Source: Paraspadella gotoi
Taxonomy: Eukaryota; Animalia; Chaetognatha
NCBI GenBank assembly: GCA_051294375.1
Contig: CM119268.1
Span: 17,571,132 to 17,635,131 of the forward strand
Length of the DNA stretch: 64,000 bases
Reading direction: 5' to 3'
Shown: piece by piece, positions 40,126 to 54,517 of the stretch
Layout of the letters: every line of letters starts with the position of its first letter
Position numbering within the stretch: the first letter of the stretch is position 1
Notes under the pieces: generated by a model
Told to the model about the DNA's origin: nothing
Database searches by the model: none
Seen by the model: the letters and a program-made list of their open reading frames with translations, nothing else
Program-made: the position numbers and the translations under genes

Positions 40126-41559
40126 AAAGCGAATTATTGAAAGGAAAAATTGAGAGAATGATGTTGGGTGAAATAAATTAAATAACGAAAATATTTTATT
40201 AAACAAAATGAGAAGGCACAGGATATGAAGGAAGGTAAGAGAAAAAGAAATATGTAACAAATAAACTAGTAAGCGGTGACTGAAGTAGATTGCCAAAGTA
40301 GAAAGATTGGATGGAAAGAATATATATTTTGAAACACTAAAATGTAACTTTAACCTATTAATTTTTCATTTCGTGAGAGAGAGAAAAAAAAACCTGTGGA
40401 TACATTAAAAACGGTTCACCGGGATCGCGGCCCGCTGGGAGAGTTATTGGAAAGAGCGGCATCTATGGGATTCCGATGGGAAGGAGATGGGATGTTTTTC
40501 GGATGAGTTATTGGCAATTATAGATGGAGGAAAGGAAAGCGTTTGATTTGGGATTTGGTTTAAGGATTGGAGAGGGAATTCGAAGAGAGCAGCTCTTTCT
40601 CGGCAGGGAACCCAATGGAGATAAGAATTGCCCAATAAACTCAATGCCCGGAAGGGAAAGAACTTTCGCTCACCCCGGGTCGCAAGCTAAGATCGTTTCG
40701 ACTCGGTTGTAATATGTTTGTAAAAAAATTTTGTTATTTATAGGAGAAAAATTTTTTTTTTTACAATATAATATCGTTTTGGCTACAGAATATCGATTTT
40801 ATAGCATTCCGATTCATAGTCAAAATCAAGAAAAACGACGAATAATTATTGTTTTAATATTCTTTTATCTAACGATATAAATGTGACTAAACCACAGTGT
40901 GCTAACCCCAACCGCGGGAGAGGAAATTGTTGCGTTGGAAGCCAAATCCCTCTGACGAAAAACGTCAAGATGCCAAAAAACGGGAGGAGATGCAAGAGCG
41001 AGAAGCGGGTGCAGCGGTAGGCGGGTGCAGTCACGAACGAGGAGATGCGCTCATGTGCTTTTAAAATGCGGTCATGCGCAGGGGAGCACAGGTGGGATGA
41101 TTGAGCCGTGTCTGCAAGAGTGGGTGGTGATATATAAAAATTGCAAAATTACTTGTTTCACTATTTTAAGTCTTAAATTTTATAAGATTCATTCATGAAG
41201 CATAAGAAGTGATACGGTCATCATAATTAAGACTGTTATGATGAGTTAACAGCGAAAATAAAAGAGAATTAAGCTTCAGTTTTCGCTTTTTGTCGTCAAA
41301 CGGATTTTCTAAAACGAAGTTCGAATGTTTTGGTTAAATCTCCTTGAGTGTCTTGCAAAATGGAAAACATCCGTTTTTTTTAATAAACGCAAAATTTAGA
41401 ATTTAATCTTTTTTACATATATATATATTATAATTTTTTTTTTTTAATATCAAAAGCATTTTTTCTTTCTTTTGACGCGTTTCTTCCAGCACGCCTCCTT
41501 CATAACCGTTCTGGTGTCAAACCACCTGTCAGGAAGAAGAGCACTCTCTCTCTCTCTCT

Positions 41560-41593
<34 letters not shown>

Positions 41594-41892
41594 ATCTCTC
41601 TCTCTCCATCTCTCTTCTCTCTCTCGCTCTCTGCCTGCTAAAGAACATATTTTTCTCTGAAATTATTTGTTTTCACTATCTCTTAAAAAATTTGAGATCT
41701 TACTCCTTCTGTCTGTCTGTTTGTCTGTCTGTCTGGTCTGTTTCTCTCTGTCAGTCAGTTAGTCTGTCTTATAGGCTGTGAAAAAAAAGACGGAAAAAAA
41801 TATATCTTCTTTATTTTTTCTGCTTTTCCCTTTTCATGGTCGTATTCCGTTCGACCTGTTATTTTTTCCCCTCACCTTTTCAGCCTCATTTC

Positions 41893-41933
<41 letters not shown>

Positions 41934-43262
41934 CTCTCTCTCTCTCTCTCTGCTCTCCCACTCTATTTACTCTCATCTCAATCTATCTCCATACATCCTA
42001 CAACTCTCTCCTCTCTCATCCTCTCAGATCTCTCAATCAAATTTCTCTCATCATTCTCATCTCTCTCTCTCTAATTTCTCTTTCTCTCTTTTCAAAAGGA
42101 ATAATTCGCGTTTGAGGTTCGAGAGAAAGAGAGATTGCGAACCGTTCACGAATCGCGACTAAAATAATGCAAAAATACTCTCTCTTTCTTTATCTCTATC
42201 TCTTTCTCTCCCTTTGTTTTTCTAGATTATTTATATATTGATTCTTTTAGGAAATTAAACCTTTTTTTCGTTTTTAAATGTCGGTGGTTTATAAGCAGTT
42301 GATTTTATATTTAGATACCAGTAGGATGAAATTAAAACATCAGTTATTTATAAATTAGCACCTCAATACGGATCTTAAGAGACTTAGACGTAGATGCATA
42401 ACAAAATTTCATATAAAGTAATAATTATCCATAAAATAAATAAATAGACTATAATGCCTCTCGCTTAGTATAGGCTCTAGTGGGTTAAGGTCTCCATCCC
42501 TCTTACAAGATATAATAACATAGCAGGACTCTGCAAGATTTCATTAAAGTCTCTTCCGAAGTCAAGTTTATTCTTTCTCAGAGTACCTCGCCTGTTAATC
42601 AATGAAGCGTTGTAATATATCTATTGATCAACTTTAAATAATTTCTTATTTTTGACGGCATTCAATTTTTTATTAACATAAGATTTTAAACTTTTTTTTT
42701 CGAGCTTTCTGCCTTCTACCTTTATCTCTCCATCGTTCNNNNNNNNNNNNNNNNNNNNNNNNNNNNNNNNNNNNNNNNNNNNNNNNNNNNNNNNNNNNNN
42801 NNNNNNNNNNNNNNNNNNNNNNNNNNNNNNNNNNNNNNNNNNNNNNNNNNNNNNNNNNNNNNNNNNNNNNNNNNNNNNNNNNNNNNNNNNNNNNNNNNNN
42901 GCTGGACTTTTTCCCGCCTCCCCAGGGAATCGTCGCTGTTTTTTCTCATCTTCCTTCGGGCAGAGGATAAACTCATTTTCTCACAGATTTCGCTAATGGC
43001 TTTCCAAAGAAGAAGCGCTGCAGTCGCGACGACGACGACAACGACGACGATGTTGACGCCGACGACGATGGCGACAACCTAGACAAGGACGTTATCCAAA
43101 AAAAAAGAAATACAATAAGAAAGGAAATTGCCAAAGCGAAATGCAATGTAGCGATTGTCTGGCACAGTCAACACTGAGGCATTCGAATTGCAACATTACT
43201 ACCACCAACAACGCAAGCAAATGACCAAGATGGTCCCCGTAAAACGGGAAGATGAAAACAAG

Positions 43263-43297
<35 letters not shown>

Positions 43298-43532
43298 TTA
43301 CGACGACTTTCCCGCTGGATTCTGCAACAATGAAGAGATCGACGGTTACAGTGACGACTAAAATTACGACGTCGACGACCCTCACGGATGTGACCCCAGA
43401 AAGGAAGAAGACGACAACGACGACGACGACCCTGACGACGAAGAAGACGATGAGGAAGACGACCTCCACGACAACGACACTCTCTCTCCCTCAGGTGAAA
43501 CAAAAAAAGTGGTAACGACCGACGCCGACGCC

Positions 43533-43658
<126 letters not shown>

Positions 43659-44330
43659 CATTTTCTACCCTCCTTTTCAAAGGGACCGGGAGGCGTCAGG
43701 TTAAGTGGTTTTGATATTGATGCACGAGAATTTGATCGCGACCTTCAAAATGACTGACTGACTCCCTTCACTCCTTTTCCCCCTGCCGGTGATTTCGATT
43801 TCATCCTACCAGAGCGCCATTTTTGCTTTATATATATATATATATATTTATGTAACACTTTTCACACGACTTCTACCTTTTCTTTTACTCTTTATTCCTC
43901 TCATTTTTCTTTCACAATCTCCGTTTCTCTTTTTAACATCCTTTTCTCCCCACTCAGTATCTCCCTTGTACTTTCCCATTTTATTCTCTTCTCTTTTATA
44001 ACCTTAATATTTTTTTGGCTTTTTTAATTCTTTTCTCCGTACTTATTTTTGGTTTTATTTTTTAACCTCTTTAACCCTTTCCCTCTCTCGCTCTTCCTCT
44101 CCTCCACCATCTCTCCTCCTCTCTCTCCACCACCCCCCCTCCACCCCATCACCATTCCCTCTTTGGTCGAGATCCGCGACGATGAACATTGAACTACTCT
44201 TTTTTTTGTGGTAAATTTAGTCTTCGGGAACTTAGTGTTTTTTTTTCCTATTATTATTACTTTTTTTGGTTTGCTTCTTTGTTTATTTCTCTTTCTTTAT
44301 TTCTTAATTTCTTTCTTTCTTTCTTTCTAT

Positions 44331-44332
44331 AT

Positions 44333-44419
<87 letters not shown>

Positions 44420-44421
44420 TT

Positions 44422-44422
<1 letters not shown>
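44331..44422. repeat. (ATTT)n microsatellite flanked by (CTTT)n
   Basis: Directly visible. Confidence 0.95.
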
Positions 44423-44452
<30 letters not shown>

Positions 44453-46957
44453 AAATTTCTAAATTTCTCTCTTTCTTTTTTTCTTTCTTGTTTTTCATTT
44501 TCCACTGATGATGGATATGAGTTTAGCTGGAAAGTTCACTCGTCAAATTCTGTCTTGGAGTCTCAATTGGTTTTGATCTTCCTAGGTGGTGGTGCGGCGT
44601 GCGTCGTCTCTCTCTCTCTCTCTCTCTCTCTTATCTCTCTCTTTCTCTCTCCTCTCTGCCTCTCTCCTCTCTCTCTCAATCATCTTTCTCTCTCTCTCTC
44701 CTTTTCTCCGTTCATTCTGTATTCTTATAAATCAGAATTCATTCGTTGATGGAGAGACCTGAATCCGATGGACTGCGTCGCTATCGAATCTAAGTCCTCG
44801 TTATTGTCTCTCTTCTTTTTCTCATCTTCTCCTTCTCTCTCGGTCTCTCTCTCTCTTCTCTCTTCTCTCTCTTCTCTCGGTCTCTCTCTTCTCTCCTTTC
44901 CTTCTCTCTTCTCTCTATCTCTTTTCTCTTTCCTTTTGTTTTATTCGGCGTTCATTTTTTATTCTCCTTACCCCCGAGACTTCGTTGCAATGAGAGACAG
45001 AAGACCCAAACGCCATCTAATGATCATGAAAAATTCCGAACCCAAAGCACGGGCGGTGCTTTCTTGGCGGCTCAGACAAGCAGGGGCTGTCGGTGGAGAT
45101 GGCAAAAGGGAGTGATTGGGATGTTAGTAGTGGCAAAGTGAAAATCCAGCGAAATATGACAACTTTTTATGAACATCACAGTAAAGGCGTGATTGTCACG
45201 ATGGAAACCAGTCTGGACTCTGGACGCCATGCTATATCATCAAACATGAGCCTATAGTGGAATTTTTGTCTTTTTAACATTGTCATTAAAATTTTTATTT
45301 TAAAATGGTAAGCGGAGCTAAATGCATCTAGAATGGGTTTGTTCTTACTTGGAGGGGAGCCCGTGATGGGGATTGAATAGAGCCGAGTGGNNNNNNNNNN
45401 NNNNNNNNNNNNNNNNNNNNNNNNNNNNNNNNNNNNNNNNNNNNNNNNNNNNNNNNNNNNNNNNNNNNNNNNNNNNNNNNNNNNNNNNNNNNNNNNNNNN
45501 NNNNNNNNNNNNNNNNNNNNNNNNNNNNNNNNNNNNNNNNNNNNNNNNNNNNNNNNNNNNNNNNNNNNNNNNNNNNNNNNNNNNNNNNNNNNNNNNNNNN
45601 NNNNNNNNNNNNNNNNNNNNNNNNNNNNNNNNNNNNNNNNNNNNNNNNNNNNNNNNNNNNNNNNNNNNNNNNNNNNNNNNNNNNNNNNNNNNNNNNNNNN
45701 NNNNNNNNNNNNNNNNNNNNNNNNNNNNNNNNNNNNNNNNNNNNNNNNNNNNNNNNNNNNNNNNNNNNNNNNNNNNNNGAGAGAGAGAGAGAGAAAGAAA
45801 GAGAAAGGGTTTGCCCTAGAATCTGGGCTAAGAAGCGAAGAATGGTTTTTGTACTTAATGAAACATCGTGTGATTCTTTATAAAATTCAAAGAACCTAAA
45901 AAATATTTTGCTGCAGTTGCATACATAATTGCATGTCGAGTATTAAACTCGATTATCAGTGAATATCACTCGATATTTTATTTAGCAGAAGAAAATAATG
46001 ACTATACTCTCCTACTCCAAGTAGTCCGATAGTCTAGGACCAAATCGCAATCATTTTCTCCCACCTGATTTTCCCTTCCCACCTGAGAGGAAAAAGTCTT
46101 CAGCACAATGTATTTTCTAATGTTCCTATTTATTAAACCTTATTTTAACTTATAATTTTTAGCGTAAAAATTTATTATATTATAACAACGATTTTAATTT
46201 TGGTAAACAGACATGATTCGACTCTGTTTATCAAAAATTTTAAAAAAGCACATTTTTTTTCTAATCACAACAATAACTTTTGTTAGATATTTAACCAGTC
46301 CCTAAGTAAAATACCTAATCCCTAACCATAATCCCTAATCCTCAATCAGAATCCCTGAACCTTAATCCTTAACCTCACGCCAATCCCTAACGCCCGACTT
46401 AATCTTTAAATTTATAATTCTAAATTTAGTCTAAAACGGGCCGCTTTAGGAAAATATGGCAAAATCTTCAAGGGCGACGTGAATTGATAAATCGAGTCCA
46501 TCGATGACGATGAGACCAAAAGCGAATCTTCAGAATGGAGATCTCATCTTCGCAGAGACGAACATTTCACTTCATCGAAAAAAGGAAACGCCCCCTCCCC
46601 CCCGACCCCCACGGGTTCTCGTTTCAAGGTGGGAACTCCCCTTAACAATCCACCGCAGATTAATAGGCATAAGAGGTGAACGATGATGGACGTGAGGTGG
46701 AAATTTCGGAATTCAATTATTCATTGCATGTGTACAAAAACGGCATTTTTTCCAACCTATCCCCTCTCCGCTACGCCACCCTTTTCGCAATTTCACCCTA
46801 TCCAACCATCTCTCCCCACGCCCCCACCTCCACCAGCGAAGGAGTCCGGGTCTGAGCTCGACCAGACTCCTCGCCTTCCCACCCGTTGGTGATTTGACAT
46901 TGAAATTCTGAAAGACGTCGGAGAAAATGAGTCAGAAGCGAAATGGAGGAAAAACGC

Positions 46958-47051
<94 letters not shown>

Positions 47052-47636
47052 CAGAGACTGAGTGGGAGTGAGGGGAATACAAAAGGATAGAGAAAGACGC
47101 GACGTCCGCGCGAGAGCGAGGCTGACAGTGACACCGAGTGAAGATCGTCGTTTCGGCCGGAAACGGGAAGAGTCGTGGCCGGAAAGATCGGATTAATGGC
47201 CGGAAAAAAGGAGAATGTCACGGCCGGAAAATGGAGAATTGGTCGGGAAAGGGGAGACAGACAACGTGCAACTAAAATTAATATGTCGGTCCCTGTTTAA
47301 CTGTTTTTGAACATGACATGACATCATCCAATGCTTAATTGTCGGAAAAGTTAGGTAGATATTGTGCAATAAATAAAACCAAAGGTCGTAATATAGCGTA
47401 TTCGTGACTGTGAACTATTTTTGAGGGGAAATACGTACTATGCAATAGTTGAATTAATACTGTATAAGGATATTTTCTTAAAATGATGAATTTTCTCAAC
47501 TGGGATAAGAAGAAAACACTAAAAGGATTGCACCAACAGCAAGATCAACCCAAACAGTCGTTTCAGTGAGGTAACGAATTCTGTCTCACTCCGTTGGTCC
47601 TCCCACGCAGAAACCAGCCCGGCACCATTGATTTAA

Positions 47637-47704
<68 letters not shown>

Positions 47705-47942
47705 ATTTTTCAGTCGTTCTCTCTCTCTGTCTTTGGAATATGAAATATCGGAAGATAGTTTTATCTTGTTTCTTTTCGTCCTCTCTAAAACAACATTCAG
47801 TTTTCTTTTTCCGAGCCAATCTCATGAATTGTGTTTAGTCGATTATCCAATCAACGTCAAGCGTTTTTGCCCAAAAGAATCTAGCAGCTCTCTCTCTCTC
47901 TTTCCCTTTCTCTCTTTTTGTAAAGCTGCGATCAATTCTTCT

Positions 47943-48011
<69 letters not shown>

Positions 48012-51000
48012 CATACAACAGGCATTTCGTTTAAGGTTGAAAGGCTGTGGAGGCAACGACTCCCTCGTTATTTCTCTTAGCCAATCAGCGATCGAGAGCG
48101 GAGACTCTTTGCCAATCACGCTTTGAGGCGGGTTTTTTCCTCGAGTCGGACGTAGGTTTATGGAAGCCGGTGGTGCAGGGCTATGATACGCTGCCCCGCG
48201 TCGCAGGGTCCTCGGCTGCAGCGGCTGTAGCGGTGCGGGAGCAGCAGCATCTTACGTTGATGAGAGAGAGAAGAGAGAGAAAGATAGAGAAAGAGAGAGA
48301 GAAAGAGGGAGAGCGCTCTAAATTGGACACAATTTTTTGCCCAAGTTAACATTGACTCGCGGTTGTGGAATTTCGATGTCAGTATATCTGCACGAAAAAG
48401 TCAAAACTTTTTCCGAAAGAAAAAAGATGTTTTTTTTTATATAATGGGATACCGTTTTTTTGTTTTTAGGAGGTTTTTACATTTGAATTTTAAATTTTCT
48501 TTCCCAAGTTTGTACAAGAGGAGCAAAGAGTAGTAAAGACAAGGCCCTCTTTCTTCACATAACAGCATTTTTCAACGATTTCGTTCAAATAAAAAACTCC
48601 TCATTCTCTCATATTTTACATTCCCTTACAAAATTTATTCAGTGTTTTTATTCGTTCTTTACATCATCTTTACATTTTTTCGTAAAAAAGCTTATCTACT
48701 AATATTTTCATGACTCCCTCCCAATACCCAGCCGATGAAATTTATCATTATTTTTTTTATTTATATTTCTTTTTGGTTCGTTTTTTTGTCTTTCCATCCG
48801 TACAATGATGATTACTTTTGATCACGTAATCTATACATTTTAGTACAAACAACGATTTTTCCTTTTGTTCTTTCCGTATATTTCTACAAAGGAAGCTCAT
48901 TAGTTTGGTTCATTTTCTTTATATTTCATTCCTTCCAAACCAAAGGGCATCCATCTTCTTTATCACGTGGCGTTTATTGTGCTCATTCCTCAAGGTTCTT
49001 CTCTCTTGCGCCGTTGCTATTGTCTGCCGCCAACGAGAAACCGGGAAATCCCAGTCTCGCCCTCCTTCCGTACCATCAGGTGGCATTTCTTTGCCACCTA
49101 CTCGTCCGCCATAATTGACAATCGTTTTGAATTTCCTTTCCATACGCACCTTTTTATTTATTAATCGAGAAAAAAATTTGCATGTAACTAAAACTAAACT
49201 AAACTAAAAAATTAATATCACTTGTCAAACAAGAAGTCATTTTAGTCATTAAAAAGTATCAAACCAGTGTTATCCGTCGCTGTGAAAACATTGTTTTTAA
49301 TTCGATAAATGTTTATGTAAATTGTCTTCAATCACTGTTTAGTTCCATATTATTCGTCATGTCCCAACCCAATTCTTCTTCCCAATCCCAATCACTTCCC
49401 CTCATCCGCTTTCTCCAAACACTTGCTTAGGTCTCCCCGTTTTTCATTTTCCAATCATTCTCCAATCACTTCGGGGCCATCAGTCAGCTCACGACTTTCA
49501 CGAATTAGATGGTCACGTTGCCGCTTCGCTTTGCCCTTCGTCTCACTCTTTAATTCTCTTCAATGGATCATCTGGTCGTCTCACATATGTCTGCCATTCT
49601 CCTTGCATGCACGTTCCGTTTGTCCCCCCGCTGCCACGCCGTGCATCCTATCCCATTCCTATCCCCTCCCTATCCTAAAGCCTTTCCCCCCCTTTTCAGA
49701 AATGCGATTTCAGTCGAGCTGTTTCAACTCTGGTATTCCTTTTCATCAATTCCTGTTCCACCGCGGTGGCCCGAAAAAGAAAAAAAAAAAAAGAAAAAAA
49801 GAGATTTCTCCTGAGTTGCGCCTCCTGACCAGTGAGCCGACACAAAATCTTACTTTGAGCGATGGTATATCAAAGAGTAGGAAAGATAAAAAAGGGAAAT
49901 GAGCAGAGAGAGAGAGGAAGGAGTCGAGGGAGGAAAAAATTCACGGCAATCACATGTTTTAATACGTGAGCGGCGCGCCAGAGCGGCAGGGAGTAGAAGA
50001 GGAGAGAGAGGAGACGAGAGAGAGAGAGAGTAGAGAGAGAGGAGAGAGAGAGAGAGAAAGTTTGAGATAGAAGGGCTGACATGACAAAAGAAAAATAAAT
50101 TTCGGAAAATAAAAGAATTAAGGAAGAAAAGACACGAAAATAACAGTGACGTTACATCTGAACGAAAAAATTCGGCGTTCGGGCGTTCGGGCGGCGGTGG
50201 CGGCGGCGGACTCGGGCGTCGGGGGCGGCGGCGGAGAAGCGGCCACGGACGATAGCGGCGTCTCGCTCAGTGCGAAGTCTACGTTTTCTTTTTTTGCGAC
50301 TTCGATTGCCAAAATCGGTCACTTCGGGGTCCAAATGCAGCAGTGCAAGGCCAAATGAAGGGGTTGCCATTTACCGAACAACAGAATTGGATCGGCCAGT
50401 TGAATGTAAATCGGACTGGCCGATAACGTTCCTTGATCACGGCTCAATCAGAATAGGGGGGCGGGCAAGCAGCACTCACCTGTTCTTGCGTATTAATCAA
50501 TCGGAAAGGAAATCAACGTTCTCCCATTTATCTTCCCGCCACCTTCCCCCCTTAAGACGCATGCATCATTTCCTCACAACAGTATTTCCTTCTCATCTCC
50601 CTCCCGTCTTCTCTCGTTATCTCGTCTCCTTTCTCCTCCTCTCGTCTTCTCTCTCTCAGTCACTCTCGGCTCTCTCCTCTCACTCCTCTTCATTTCTTCT
50701 CGTCGAAGTGTCCAGCGAACAACGGAAGATCCTTCCTCTCGATCTCGGCTCTCTGTCTTCGTCTGGCTCTCGCTGTCATCAAGTTATTCAATGAGTCCGT
50801 CTGCTATTGTCCCTGCCTCGGTTTCCGCCGAGGATTCACCCATCCACGACCCCTCTACCTTCCCCCATTCTAGACCTACCACACTCACCTCGTCCAAGAC
50901 TGCCGTGGGTCTCACCCCATACTTCACGCCAATCTTCTCACCCCAAACCTCCGACTCCCTCCCTCCTTTCTATATTTAGATTATACGGATTGAGACTTTT

Positions 51001-52205
51001 TTTTCTCGTGCTCCTGAGGCGACGACCTCGAGCCGCTCTGCTGCTTCGGCTTGTCCTGTCGGGCTTATATATCCTTTCCACCCAGATTTCCGCTAGATCG
51101 CCATTCCACTGCTATCTCCTCTCTCTCGAGCTCTCACACGTCACGATTCATCGTCTCTCGTCTCCGTCTCTCTCGTTAAATCTCGTCTCTCGCTCGTCTC
51201 GTCTTCTCTCTCGTTCCCTCTCTTTCTCTCTCTTCAACTGTCTAGTTCGCCTCTTTTCCCTTTTCTCCTTCCTGCGCATTCGCGCCCGTCGTCTGGTCCC
51301 TCTCTCCTTTTTTCTCTTGTCCTCCCCCTTCAATATTACGCTCGTTTCGTCGGTTAATATGTTATGGCTGATATGCGCGAGCGGTGGTGATTAGCCGTCG
51401 GGGGTGATTCGTTATTGGGTGATGAGTCGTTTCCTCGGTGATTCGTCCGCGCGCGCGACGAGATTGTGTCGAGGAACAATGAGTATGGAGATTGGATGAG
51501 TTAAAACAGTTGGCGTTGCGACGCCGAGAATAATCGGTATCGTCAACATCGTTTCCACAGTCATCGGCATCGTTGTCATCACCATCATCATAGCTATCAA
51601 CATTGTCTTCACCATTGCTATTTTTCATCATCCTCGTCTTCATCATCATCGTCGTCGTGGTCGTCATCGTCATAATCATCATTGCTATCAACATCAACTT
51701 CATCATTCCCTTTATCTTTAACATATTCGTCGTCGTCATCATCATATCATCATCATTTTCATCAACATCATCGTCGTCGTAGTCGTTTTTGTCGACATGC
51801 TGAACATTTTTATGTTTTGATTTTTCGAAATTTTCCCCATATAAATTTTCCCCATCACCGGATTATTTCAAAATTTAATGGAACCAGTCGCGAACCCGAG
51901 ACTTTTCGGCCGCCATCGCAACCCGCAAGCGACGAGTCCACGAATCGACCGGAACCGATTTTACGTCTCTCGTTCCTTCGACTTCGACGCGAAAAACCGG
52001 AAGACGTGATTGGCAGAAGCTTAGTCGCCGCCGCCGCCGCCGACGCTCAATCCGATACACTCATCTCGGGGAGAGTCTCCCGCTCGTCAAGGGGGGGAAG
52101 CTGGGCGTTGGGGGGGATAAGCGGTGATTAATTAATCACTCTCAGTGATAGTTCTTTTTTATGGTTTCGCCTTCAACTTTTTTTTTATTGGAATTCGGAG
52201 AAAAT

Positions 52206-52376
<171 letters not shown>

Positions 52377-53896
52377 ATAATTTTTTCCACATCGAGGAAT
52401 TTTGGAGGAAGACACGTTGATTTGGTTGAGGTGCCGGGTTGACGAAAAAAGGTGGAAATTAAAGTTGAGGTGGAATGAAGTGGATAGCGGAGTGGAAAGA
52501 GGAAGATGGAGTGGAGTGCACCCACAGGTTAGAGAGATGAAACGATTGAGCGATGTCATAATGAAATTTTGCTGCTTCATATACAAAAATACATCTACAA
52601 TAACATTCAAAGCCTTGAAACAGATTTTTCGCTAAACAAAATCATAAATGCTATTTTCTTCGTGATATTCTCATAAATTTAAAAACTTGCAAAATTACAT
52701 TTATTCTAATTTTTAACTGCAGAACAATTAGCATTGTGAGATACTTAGATTCCCAGATATCCAGTAATTAAATTTTGAAAACTTACGTTCTCATCAACGT
52801 AAGAATTTTAAAATTTTATTTTTGTGTCAATAGATCACCAAAAGAGGTGTCAAATAAACTAAAACTAAAAATTTCTGCCTCCAAGCGCATGACAGAGTTG
52901 GGTCATTTTTTTTTAATACCACAATTTAGTACAAAGTCCTCATTTCCGAATCACAAAATTTGCTTCCAGCTAACACCGAATAAAAAAAGTGTTTTTTTCT
53001 AATGAACCACCGACCGCAGCCCGTGTACGCCGTGACGCCACCCAGCTTTTTCGAACGCGAATCTCTAAAAAGGTGCGCGACCTAAAAATGGGACGCGAAC
53101 CGCACGCGCTGTCTTGCGGAAGCGCGATACCGCCGGCGCCGGCACAGCCAACGCCGTCTCCATTCCAGCGTCTCCAGTTCACGTTATCGTTCTGTCCGAC
53201 ACAACTCTTTCACCATCATTCATACACGACATTGTCGTCTTCTTATTCATTCCACAGCTCCTGACGAAACATTCGAAATACTTCCACTTTACTCACTTTG
53301 GAAAAGCTTCAAATTTAAAAAGAAAAGAAAAAAAGTGCTTTGATTGGAAAAAAAAAATATTTGGAATTTCTAGGTTCCGAACATATACTTTTAATTATAA
53401 AAACAAATATTTTAAGAAAAATGTTCGTACATTATCTTTGTTATTCAACGTTTCGTCTTGGGATTTCTCGAGTATACGCACTAATTCGTCTCCCCGTCAC
53501 ATAAATCCATTTCGAAGGTTCCTCCGTCGATTCTCCGTCTCTCCCTCCCTCCCTTTCCTCCGTTCATACTTTCTTTCCATCCCTTCCTCTCCTTCTCCCT
53601 CCCTCCTCTCCCTCTTCCTCCTCCTTTAAGGGTCCCATTCTCTTCCACAGCGATCCGCCTCATCCTCATCATCCTCCTCCTCATCCCTTGAGGTCGTCCA
53701 CCACCTCCTCTTCCTCCTCCTACGTTCTCAACCTCCTCTTCCTCCTCCTCAACTTCTTCTTCCTCCTCCTCCTCCTCCTCCAACGTCCTCCTACAACAGG
53801 CTGCTCTCAGCGTACCGCGCAGAACAGAAAGTCTAACAATTGTTCAGCGTTCAGCTGATTTTTTTCTCTCTCACAAACACTCTCTCTCTCTCTCTC

Positions 53897-53953
<57 letters not shown>

Positions 53954-54469
53954 GTATCATCATCTCCGGCTCCGCTTCGTCCGCATCGCTATCGTTCTGC
54001 CTCCCCCCTATTCAAAAAAAAAAAAAAAGCCTTCGAAATTTCATCTCACGTCGTTAAATTCGTTGATTTTTTATCGAAGATTTTCCGTTTCAATCGTTTT
54101 ATCGGTTTATTCTATATAGTTTCATATTTCGCCCACTTTCCTCTCTCTCTCTCTCCCTCTCTCCTTCTCTTCTCTCTCTTCTCTCTCTCCTCTCTCTCTT
54201 CTCTCTCCACCTCTTACTCTCTCGTCTCCTTGTGACTCCCACCACTCTCGTTTTGGCTTTTATTCGCTCTTTTTTTCTGTCTAATTTTCGTCAAAATAAT
54301 CACTCCCCTTTTTAACGACGGTTTTGAAATTCTTTCTTACAAAAATTGAAAAAAAAAACTTTTTTTATTTCATGTAGTTTTTTTTCTTTTTTTCGTCTAT
54401 TTAATGTCACGCCTAAAAAAAGTCAAAAGGATCAGGAGGAGAGAGAGAGAGACGAGACAGAGAGGAGAG

Positions 54470-54517
<48 letters not shown>

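Noticed and set aside
46312-46392. Degenerate CCCTAA telomere-like units
   Set aside because: Short, highly degenerate and interstitial; common in invertebrate repeats and not evidence of a telomere or fusion.
50118-50480. GC-rich ORFs and a 10-bp hairpin (50391-50424)
   Set aside because: Frames are interrupted by stops with no recognisable domain; the hairpin alone is not diagnostic.
52970-53264. GC-rich short ORFs on both strands
   Set aside because: No homology and no consistent splice signals.
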